A DNA stretch of 36,370 nucleotides, from NCBI GenBank assembly GCA_000934665.2, contig KZ539594.1, positions 1-36,370 of the forward strand, written 5' to 3'. Made by a program: the position numbers and the translations under genes. The DNA comes from Catajapyx aquilonaris (taxonomy: Eukaryota). Below the pieces are notes generated by a model. That model searched no databases. It was not told the DNA's origin and was given only the letters and a program-made list of their open reading frames with translations. Within the stretch, counting starts at the first letter, position 1; each line of letters starts with the position of its first letter. Positions 1 through 11,058 of the stretch are shown one piece after another.

Positions 1-799
1 TAATTCGCTCTGCTCCGTGATGCAAAGTCAAGCAAGGAAAATCCTGGAAATTCCTCTTGTTTGCACTAAAATTTTCCCATATATACCACCAGAGGGGGAT
101 GCCATATTTTATCGCCAAAAAAAAACCTCCCCCTGTCGACATATTTGCAGAAGTTTTCTGCTTGACAGCAACAAAACATCGATCCTATGCCAATTACTCA
201 TCCACTGGAAAATTTGCATATGGAATTATCGTGGTTGCTAGGGTGAATAAGCTGCTGACAAATTCTGTTTGAACTATTAATAGTTATTTTTTTTAAACGG
301 TTGTTAGGAAGAGACGAAAACATGACCATGCATCCCATTCGTCTTATCCCTCCTAGCAACCTCCCCTAGCAAAAAAAAGTAAGAGAATTAATTAGAAGGA
401 TTGCACCCCTTAGGGTCATAAAAAGTCTGAATCCCACACCCGCTACTAACGCCACTACCGCCAAGCCGCGTAACTAAAGTAGCGTTTCCCACTCCCTCGA
501 CATGTTTGGCTAAAACCCGCCTTCATTTTATGTTAGTTTTTTTTGAGACCCCTTGTGATGAATCCCGCCCCACTATTGGAGGGTTGTAAAATTTTATAAC
601 CGTCCTATCTCAGGCACCGACATGACTTCCTTCGTGATCGACGGATTGACCCGAGGATTAATTAATAGCCACCGAAATGGCGCCAATGGTTTTTTATAGC
701 TGCTAGTGAAACAAGTTATTAATATTTTGTGAGATTTATAAATTTACATATCTGTTGTATTCAGTACTAGCAGCTGATCGAGGCGTCATTTCAAACAGC

Positions 800-1750
800 A
801 ATGTTTTGAAATATATCGGTATTTCCTTTCGCGATATATCGATTTTCATGGGTGACCCCGCCGTTATTTTTCAAAAGTATCGAAATTCTCTTCTGAGATG
901 TATCAATTGTGAGTCAGTCATTATTTTTTATAACATATCGATATTCTATTCCGTGATATATCGATATTCGTGGGTAACATCATGAGCCCCGCCATATGCC
1001 ATTACTCTCTTCCAAGATGTATCAATAATCATGGGTTACATCGTAAGCCTCTTCATTATTTTAAAAAAATGACGTGTAGGTATTTTATTCCGTGATATAT
1101 CGATATTCGTGGGACATAATGAGTCCCGTCATTACTTTTCAAAAGTATCGAATTTTATTCTCTTCCGAGAATATCGATGCGTAATTTTTTTAAATGATGA
1201 GGCTCACTATGTACCCCTCGTTATTTCAAAAAAAAAACATGTATCGATACTCTTTTCCTAGATATATCGGTATTCATGGGTGGCATCTTGAGCCTGGTTA
1301 TTGCCTTTCAAACATATCGATACTCTCTTCCTAGATATACAGGGTGGACCAACTTCAAGTGTCGTTTTATAACGGCGATTAATAGCAGTGATTTTGCGAT
1401 GACGTAGCAGCGACGTGTAAAATGTCCCACTTCGGCGCCATCGAAGTGGGCCATTTTACACGTCGCTGCTACGTCAATCGTAAAGCGCTTCTATTAATAG
1501 CCGTTATAAAACGACACTTGAAGTTGGTCCACCGTGTATAGATATTCATGTGTTATACGCCATTACTTTTCACACGTATCCATTTTATCTTCCTAGATAT
1601 ATCGATATTCACAGGTTCACAGCTTGAGCCCCCCATTTTTTGAAGCTTATTACTTAACGATATTCATAATATGTTACACGCCATTGCTTTTCAAGCGTAT
1701 AAATACTCCCTTCAGCGATATATCGATATTCATGGGTGACATCTTGGGCT
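800..1750. repeat. Degenerate tandem repeat, about 60-70 bp units with core GATATATCGATATTC(A/G)TGGG
   Basis: The core recurs more than 10 times (e.g. about 833, 955, 1094, 1261, 1596, 1718). Confidence 0.8.
1340..1536. mobile_element. Tc1/mariner-type foldback MITE with TA target-site duplication
   Basis: TA|CAGGGTGGACCAACTTCAAGTGTCGTTTTATAACGGC...GCCGTTATAAAACGACACTTGAAGTTGGTCCACCGTG|TA. Nearly the whole 197 bp is self-complementary, and it interrupts one unit of the host repeat. Confidence 0.85.
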
Positions 1751-2277
1751 ACACTATTAGCTGCATTGATGTCAGTGGCCGTAGCTACCTCTACTGCTAT
1801 TTGCTATTACGGACATACATACTGAATTTCTCATTTATATTAATAGAGTTTACTACTTATTTTTGTTGGTGTTAGTAGTTTTACGACTACGTCACGCTTC
1901 TACACATACGCCTTTTTTGCTGCTTATCACGACTGGCTGCCACCTTTCTGGTGGAATTAAACCAACCCTTCCATCCCATTGGCCACCGGTTATATCGCAG
2001 CTCTTGGTCGGCAACCCACGCTTTATATACACCCGGGTGTAAACCACCCAATTAAGACTACGCCGCCATATTTTTATGCCCCCATCTTGAATATCCTGTT
2101 TTTATGGGTGAAAAAACCCCAGATGACAGGTGCTTCAAAAATTTAATTAAAAATAACGTTAATTTCAACAGTTATTTTCATAGCTAATATTTTGCCATTT
2201 CTGAACTGCGCGAAATAACATATAATAATACAGTACGTAATAATCGAGAAAATTCATACAGCAATTGAAACACCAAA

Positions 2278-2280
<3 letters not shown>

Positions 2281-2349
<69 letters not shown>
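2281..2349 (+). repeat. (AGT)23 microsatellite
   Basis: Perfect trinucleotide run. Confidence 0.98.
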
Positions 2350-2350
<1 letters not shown>

Positions 2351-3169
2351 CAGCCTATTCGTCCATACTCAAAATTGTTAAAAAAAATGAAAATTGGATA
2401 TCTTATAAATATCGCAGGACAATATATTAAAAATCGATATTCGTGGGTAATGACTGACCATTTTGATATCGATTTTTGAACTATTTAATAGCTAAAAATT
2501 GACATGGTCTACACACCAATAATGATATTAACTAGATTCTAGATTAAACGGAAAAGATATGATCAAAGATCATACTGGAAACGTGATTTATCGATATATC
2601 GTACGGATATCGGTACTGTCGATATTTTGCCGATTTTGTCGATATTTAGGCCAAATTTGTGCGATACATCGAAATTCAGCGATCGGTAGTAGGCCTATAT
2701 ATGGCTATAACTGGTAGGATTCTGAAATCTTCAAACAGATGATATATATCGATACTGGTTTTCACAGAACCATCGGTGTGCCCTTACAAAATGATAAGCA
2801 CCAATTTTTCCCCAAGTGTTATTCCAAATCCATCCTTATCAGCCATGGTACCCACACGTCCATCCCACCTTTGATGTTTGGTAGTCCCTCGAAAGGAAGC
2901 AGGTTCTTGGAAGTGGTTGGCTGCCGCCATTCATTTATCTGATGGAGATTCCACCACGTCGGACCGCCAACTTCCAATCTGATTACCTGGGCCTATCGGA
3001 CACTATCGGCGCAGTTTCGGCTCCTTTCACCTGCCCCCAAAGAACCAGGGGCCTTGAAACACCTGCCCTTACCTTGCCGACCCTTCTTTTTTTTATATAT
3101 TCCTTCTCTACCTGTCCTTTGACTACCTTTATGTTCAGTTGGCAAGAAAGCCTATGTAAGTCTACACTC

Positions 3170-4520
3170 TGTCTGAAAAAAGCAGCTACTTATACTGGTT
3201 AAATAGCTCCTTGTAAGTAAGCAGCTATTTTGTAGACCCCCCAAAATAGCCGTTTGTTGTAAGCAGCTATTGTGGCTGGCTAAAACAGCTGTCAGGAAGT
3301 TTCTACTTTATAGCCCAGCAAATAGCCACTTGTTGGTAAACAGCTATTGTGGCTGGCTAATATAGCTGTCATGAAGTTTCTATTTTATAGTCCAGCAAAT
3401 AGCCAATGTTAGGATGCAACAACTTTTATGCTGGCTGGCGGAAATAGCCATGTGTTAGTACTGTAAGTTTATATTTTATAGACCCCCACATAGCAAATTG
3501 TAAGTAAGCAGCTGATTTTATGGCTGGGTGAAATAGCCACTTGTTGGTAATCTGATTTTTATAGCCTTCGAAGCAGCTGCTTGTCAGTAAGCAGCTATTG
3601 TGGCTCTAATCTGAATTTTATAGCCTTCAAAATATCTGCTTGTTAGTAAGCAGCTGCTTTTATGGCTGGGAAAAATAGCCACTTGTTAGTAAGCTGATTT
3701 TTATAGCCTTCGAAGCAGCTGCTTGTTAGTAAGCAGCTGCTTTTATGGCTGGGCAAAATAGCCACTTGTTAGTAAGCTGATTTTTATAGCCTTCGAGATA
3801 GCTGCTTGTTAGTAAGCAGCTATTGTGGCTCTAAGCTGAATTTTATAGCCTTAGAAATAGCTGCTTGTTAGTAAGCAGCTGATTTTATGGCTGGGCAAAA
3901 TAGCCACTTGTTAGTAAGCTGAATTTTATAGCCATCGAAATAGCTGCTTGTTAGTAAGCAGCTATTGTGGCTCTAAGCTGAATTTTATAGCCTTAGAAAT
4001 AGCTGCTTGTTAGTAAGCAGCTATTGTGGCTCTAAGCTGAATTTTATAGCCTTAGAAATAGCTGCTTGTTAGTAAGCAGCTATTGTGGCTCTAAGCTGAA
4101 TTTTATAGCCTTCGAAATAGCTGCTTGTTAGTAAGCAGCTATTGTGGCTGGCTAAACAGCTGTTTGTTAGTTTCTATTTTATATCCCGCCCAAATAACCA
4201 ATTGTTAGTAAGTTGTTTTTATTTAATCCCACAAATAGTAAGCAGCTACTTTTTTATGGGTGAAATAGCCATTTGTTGGTAAGCTCATTTTTATGGCCTT
4301 CAAAATATCTGTTCATTGGTAAGCAGCTGATTTTATGGCTGCACATATTTGCTTGTTAGTAAGTAGCTATTATGGTTGGCCAAAATAAGCTTGTAGTAAG
4401 TAGATATTAGGGATGGACAAATGGGTATGAAACCGCACCGGTACCATACCAGTACGGTACTTTTGTATCTGATGAAATAGCTGCTTGTTGTAAGCAGCTA
4501 GTGTTATGGCTGGTCAAAAA
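3170..4520. repeat. Tandem satellite, about 59-bp unit (plus longer variants) with an internal palindrome
   Basis: Near-identical 59-bp copies at about 3915-4150. Each carries AATAGCTGCTT-gttagt-AAGCAGCTATT, and the array degenerates toward both edges. Confidence 0.9.
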
Positions 4521-4964
4521 TAACAGTTTTTTTCACCTGATTTCCTCCAGGACTTATAGTCTAGGCTGGAGGCGACATGGCGCCATGGAGATATTTTAAT
4601 CTGTGCGGCGACACGTGAGTCGGTCTGGTTTGGAGGGCCTCCCGGGAGAGGGAGGGAGGGGGAAGGCAGGGGAAAACAAAGGGACCCCATAAATTAGTCC
4701 GGTGTTTGAGGGTTCGAGCTTATGGGAGGAGACGCAACGCCCTTTGATGGCTAAACCTTTCAATCTGTGACCCGTCGGCAACTGTCAGATGCTTGCGGAA
4801 ATGTTGCGCAAAACGTCTGCGCACTATGCGCAGAAAGGATGCGCATCAGGAAAATTGGCAAAACTACAATAACGTTCGTTGGGGGTATATACAACCCACA
4901 ATAAGCGCCTCAAGGGGGTATAGTCACTCTTCACTAAAGTGTACACTGGATCGGCTTCGGATAA

Positions 4965-5078
4965 CCACGGATCACCACGGATCACCACGGATCGTCGCGG
5001 ATCGTCACGGATCACCACGGATCGTCACGGATCACTGCACGGATCACCACGGATCGTCACGGATCACTGCACGGATCG
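4965..5078 (+). repeat. 10-bp minisatellite CACGGATC(AC/GT)
   Basis: About 11 consecutive copies. Confidence 0.9.
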
Positions 5079-5248
5079 CCTCTGATCACGAGAAGTGACT
5101 ACCCCCTCGAAGCGGCCAAAATTAAAACCATCACGCAATGAGACGCACCGTGCCTGGCAGGGACGGTATTGCGGTCACCCAAAACCCATACAGATACACC
5201 AACACAGGTTTCCCCAGAGTATGAAAGGCGACGTCCAGCCGCTCTTAC

Positions 5249-5455
5249 CTGACTCACCAGCTGCTGGAAGGGAGGCGCGTTGGGGTCAAGTCTGTCCAGG
5301 TCAGTGTGAAGGGCAAAGTCGGACAGGGCCTTCCATGGTGGCTGGTATGACTGGACTTCAACAGGGTTGAGTCCAATGGGGCTCTCGTGCCTGACTGGAC
5401 TGGAAGCGATCATCGGTATGCCTTGGAGGTTGCCGTACCCGATCTTCCGACCGTC
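5249..5455 (-). CDS. Isl1: Islet exon 5, Lhx3-binding (LIM-interaction) domain
   Basis: ttctttcgcag|GACGGTCGG...CTGGTGAGTCAG|gtaaga, encoding [69 protein letters not shown]. An alternative donor would end the exon at 5258. Confidence 0.95.
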
Positions 5456-8400
5456 CTGCGAAAGAAAGGCCTGCGTGTCATTATACACACGTTTCATGGG
5501 ACATGAATTTTTAACGGGACAGTCCCCAGATGTGAGGGGAATCCTGATGCGTCTCACTACGACGCTTCCGACGCCCTCAGCACCTGGGGCTTGGTTAATC
5601 CAATCGAGCAAAGAGCGTCGCGTGCATTGTGTCCGATCAGGCCTTGACCTGGTTGCTAGACAACTTATGTCATACACTGTACTCCAACCAATGACTTTTT
5701 TTTTTTTCGAGTGAAATTGTTAATCGGTTTATGACGCACCCTCTATAGGGGGGGGTATAGTATAAATCTGATGGCACACACGACGCTTCCTAGAGGGCGG
5801 GACAGGCAGTGTTTTCATACGCTTAAGTCCGGATCACGACGGACTTAGGCGGCGGCGTTTCCGGGGATCAACATGATCATATCGGCAAATATTGAATGCA
5901 TTACCAGAGGACATTAGCTGCGGATATGGGCATACCACCTTCAGGCCTTTGTTAAAGCTCAGGGAAAAGTACGCAATCATCAACTTTTAAATAACTAAAA
6001 TTAGTCAAAATCTCCGATTAAATTATTGTATTAATTTGTGATCATGTGTAAAAGCCAAATTAGTCAAAATCTCCGATTAAATAAGTGTATTAATTTGTGA
6101 TCGTTTGTAAAACCCAAATTAGACAAGTCTTCGATTAAATATTGTATCAAGTGATCATTTGTAAAACCCAAATTAGTCAAAATCCCCAAATGTTTGTGTT
6201 ATTCTGCCATTATTGTCTTAACCAGAGATTTTTACACGCGCAAATTAAAGTCCCAATTTTTTTGCATTAATCTACGATTACTGATTAATCCATCAATTTG
6301 TAATGGCCGAAATTAGCCGAAATCATCAAATTTTGTATTAATCTGCCATTGTGGGTTGGTAAATTTATCGAGTAGCCCAAATTAGTCCAAATATCTCGGA
6401 TTAAATTTTTTGTATTAATCTGCCATTGTGGGTTTATTCGAAGATTTATCCAGTAGCTCAAATTAGTCAAAAAATCTATGATTAAATTTTTGGTATTAAT
6501 CTGCGATTTGTGTTTAATAATAGATTTGTAATGACCCGAGTTTATAGTCAAAATACCGATAATGGAGGGCAAAATGGAATATTATGGGCTTAATCAGAGA
6601 TATTGATAACCCGATTAAGTCAGAAAATTTCCGATTACTTTTTGTATTAATCTGATGAGATTATGGGTCAAAATTGTATTAATATGCGATAATGTATTTT
6701 AATAATATCTTTGTAATAACACAAATTATTCAGAAATCTCTGATTAAATTGGTTTTAATCATAGAATTGTAATAACCCAAATTACTAAAAATCGATTTAG
6801 CTAGTAACCCAAATAATTAGTCACTGATTAAATACAGTCGCATATCAATACAAAAATCGGGGATTTTGACTAACTCATTGTATTAATCTGCGATTATGAT
6901 TGTTTAATCGTAGATTGACAAAGACCCTTATTAATCAAAATCCCCAATTTTTTTTGTATTAATATGCGACTGTGTTTAATCAGTGACTAATTTGGGTTAC
7001 TAGCTAAATCTACGATTAAAGACCTAATCTCCTATTAAATCTTCTTCCCCAAAAACAACTTTTGTGCTCGTCTTCAGAAGTTTTAGGTATTTAATCTTAG
7101 ATTTTTGATTAATTTGTGCTACTAGATAAATCTACGATTAAAGACCTAATCTCCTATTAAATTTTCTTCCCCAAAAAGTATATTTTGTGCTCCTCTTCGT
7201 ACGCCTGCATTTAATTAATTTATCATACGTTTAATCAGAGATTTTTGACTAATTTGGGGTGATACTAGCTAAATCTACGATTTACAATAATCTCAGATTA
7301 AATATTTTCTCCATGCTCGTCTTTCGGAAGCAGACTGCCTTTACACTTTGGCAGAACTAGTCCCAGCCCTTCCCCTGGTTTCCCGACATGCAATTGGGCA
7401 CTCTGGGATAATCACCTTGCTACACACCCTCTCTCCCCACATCCATGTCCCAAATAACACCCTCCCCCCTCCTCCTTCCCCTTCCCCATTCCCTTCCATC
7501 CTCCCCCACCCTTTCCAATAAGGAAAGGCAGGCCACAATGGCGCTCCGATCGCCCGCTTCATCTCGCTAAAAGCATCGTTTTGTTGAGGCGGAAGGTTGC
7601 TTCAGGGGTGGGGGGAAGGGGGTGGAGAAGAGGGAGGATTTGCTTCTGAGGGGGGGTTTTAGGGTGTGGGGGGAGACTAGTTCTAGAGTCGGGATTATCT
7701 GTGCAAAACCTGGTCGTGTCCTGGCAAAAATAACATGGGACACAGTTAAACAAGATGGTCAAACAGCACTCGAGCAAGGTTTAAAATGTAGTTGAAGCAA
7801 ATGAACAAAATGGCCGCATCGTTTGTTGCGCCATCTGTCGTTTGCTTATTAACGCCAGCGACATCTAGGGATGGTCGGTCACACCTTTGGACCAAACCAA
7901 GCGATTAATTACAGGCGGTGCGTTATAATTAAACAGTGTAATCTTCTCTCCATGTTGCAATTTGGGATTATGGCGTGCCCCCCCTAGAGGGAGCCTGTTT
8001 AGTGACATGTGAGGGAGGTTTTTAATTTTTTTTGAAAAATTCAGCCTGGAAACAATCCGCAGTATCTATAAACACCCGGTAGGGGGCATTCAACTCGCCT
8101 GATATTATCGAATAATATTTGGCAGTCATTATTATAATAAGTCGCCAATAAGCAGCTTATGGCAGGCTTTCATATCTGGAGGCATATTGGAAAACCATCA
8201 CAAGTGGTCCCTGAAAAAGGCCCTAACCTAACCTTTCGTCCTTGCGGATACAACCCTGTCTTCAGCGGATACAGCCCTGTCTTCAGCGGATACAGCCCTG
8301 TCTTCAGCAGATACAAAAACTTATGAGAGAAGGTGGGCAGGTTGCGGGGAGACCCCTACTTTCCTAGGCTTGCACTTGCTGATGGATAGGGGTGTATCCG

Positions 8401-11009
8401 CTGAGGGGTAGGGGTGTATCCGCTGAGGGATAGGCGTGTATCCGCTGGGAATGAAAGTTATGAAAGTCGGTGTCCCGATACGAAAGTTCTTCCGCTTACA
8501 GCTACCAAAACAATGCGGTAATGGCAACAATGCCCCTTTTTTGAACCATGAAAATGGCGAGTCCCATCCCGGGCTTACAATAATGAGTCTAATCATAATT
8601 TACGGTCAGTAACACGTAATGAGGCACGCGGTTAGTAAATTAAGATGAATAGTTCAACAAGCCAAGCTGTGGAGGCTCCGGATTTTCCGTTATTGCTGGA
8701 AAAGCCGTTAAGAAGCCGCTTCCTTTTTGAATGGACCGCAAGATCGATGATCCGGGCCTCCAAAAAAGTGTTAATCCGGATCCGCAAAGGCCACGGATCT
8801 TATTAGCATCGATCTTTAAATCCACAGCTGCCTTGAAAACCAATGGTGCCAATTTGGGGCCACTCACCACAAGGAACACGCCAGAAAATCCGTTGAACTG
8901 AAGCCTATAGTGGCAACATCGGCAACCTTACAACTTTGATCGCATGTAACTCGCTACTGGTTGATCCCAGGATATTTTCCTATACATTTTCGATTCAATT
9001 TGATCAGATCTATCGAATGACATGTAGCATATACTCACTTTCTCCTGTTGTTGCATCTGCTTCATCAATATGGACTTCTTCTTGTCCTTGCACCTCTTGT
9101 TCTGGAACCAAACCCGGATGACCCTAGGGCTAAGTTGGGTCATTTCCACCAACTGTTCCTTCATCAGGGCATCCGGCCTAGGGTTGGCCGCATAGCAGGT
9201 CCTTAGGGTATGAAGCTGCTTCTCGTTCAGGACGGTCCTGACCCGGGTCGGTTTGCCCTCGCCCCCACTGCCACCATTGCCACCTTTGCTCCCGGATACC
9301 CCAGATCGACCGTTCTCCCGGCTGCTCTTCCCGGTCCCGGAATCCGAAGAATCTGGTGGAAACAACACATAGTCTGAAACAACGAGCAATCGGAGAAAAA
9401 AATGTAAATAATCAGAATGTAAGTGATTGTCATAATATCCTAATAATGATACAGCTATACAATCCAATGTGTAGCCTTACTCAATATTTTATTGGCAAAG
9501 TATGATTCGAGTCGACTTTTCTCGTTGACAACGACGACAGTCTCAATTGTCGTTGCCAAGTAACACAAGGGAAATAATTTCCAAATAAAACTTTCGGCTT
9601 TGCCTCATTGGCAAGAAAATTAAAATATGACAACAACGATACAGAAAGTCATTGCCATATAGGCTAACCTATGAATAATAATTTTTAAAATCATGTAGAC
9701 TTGATATTGGCGGATATAGTGAACCCGGAAAACAAGAAGTTTGCCATGAAACCGCTGAATCCGAATCCGAATACCGTTTGTCGCTATCTCTTCCGATTTA
9801 GACCATAATACCTGTCCACTGACGGACAGACGGACAGAGCCGTTCTATACGACTTTTTTTTTGATGAGAAAACATCTAAAATTGGCCAGATAATCCGAAT
9901 TCGAAAACCGCTTGTTCCAATCTCTTGCGGTTTAGGCCCTGATACCTGTCCACAGACAGACGAACAGACAATAACATTTTTTTGATGAGAAAAAGTCTAA
10001 AAATCGGCCAGATAACAATGACAGTGACAAAGTGGCGAATTCAACGCCCGCATAAATCAGCACCCTTATTTCTCAGAATGAAGATGTCACCACCACCATA
10101 TATGTGAGCAAACACCCCTCAGGCCATTCCCTCCAAATAAAAAAAATAAAAAATAAAAAAAGGAAGAAGAGGAGGCTCCAGAAGAAGAGTGTTGTGATGT
10201 AGGCAGCCAGCCGGCGCCAGATTGTGGGGCCAGCCAACAGGCCAAGAATGTGGAGTTGGCGCTTTTTTGGGTTCCTTCTTCTTTGGAAGGAGGGGGGGTG
10301 CCCCCCGGCCTGGCCACACCAACCCCTGCTTAAGAAAAGTGTGTAATGGAAGCGAGGTGGCCAGGCCAATCCTTCTTGTTGACAGCTCGGCCGCTCTCAC
10401 GCTCGCCAGGCCACGGACAGGCGACCGGGGGACCAGTGGGACCCCCGAAAATGTGTTGTAAAAACAATCTTATCTGGAGTGTGTCTTTTGGACGCCGCCG
10501 ATGGGACTGGACATCACGTCGGGGAGGTCAGGGTGGGACACTTTTGGGGCATGTGTCAACTATAGTGAGACGAACTTCAAATTATAAAATTTTTTAAATA
10601 TTTCAGTTTAAATATATTTTTAAAAATTTCAGTCAAAATTTGCACCATGTAAAACCGAATATTTAGACAGAGTTTAAAATATCGTATTATTAATTTTAAA
10701 AATATAAAGGGTTAATATGCAACTTTTTGGGTATGTGTCAACGAACTTCTAATGTGGACTTTTAAATAAAAAATATCATGATTAAATAATAAAAAGTGTA
10801 GTGGATTCCAAATTTGCACCAATTAAAACCAAGACTTTGAAACACTTTTTTTTTAAATATATTGGGTGGAATTTTCGTCATATTACTAGTTACTACTAAC
10901 TTTAGCAGTATCAGTGTATACACTGATACTGCTAAAGTTAGTAGTAACAAGTAATGTGATAAAAATTCCACCCATTATCATTTTAAAGGGTTCAAAATGC
11001 AATTTCTGA

Positions 11010-11058
<49 letters not shown>

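Noticed and set aside
2819..2938. Possible Islet terminal exon (INEWRQPTTSKNLL...MDLE*) on the minus strand
   Set aside because: It is open in phase 0, but the acceptor lacks a polypyrimidine tract and the peptide does not resemble Islet C-termini. The true last exon is probably outside the window.
3600..4150. Regularly spaced palindromic repeats resembling a CRISPR array
   Set aside because: The 'spacers' are themselves repeated, the context is eukaryotic, and there are no cas genes. It is a satellite.
4551..4614. Plus-strand exon-like segment (ttcctccag|...|gtgagt) antisense to Islet
   Set aside because: Isolated splice-like signals with no partner exons or coding signal.
5099..5248. ORF read-through past exon 5 as the Islet C-terminus
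   Set aside because: Two strong donors precede it and the peptide has no Islet similarity. It is most likely intron.
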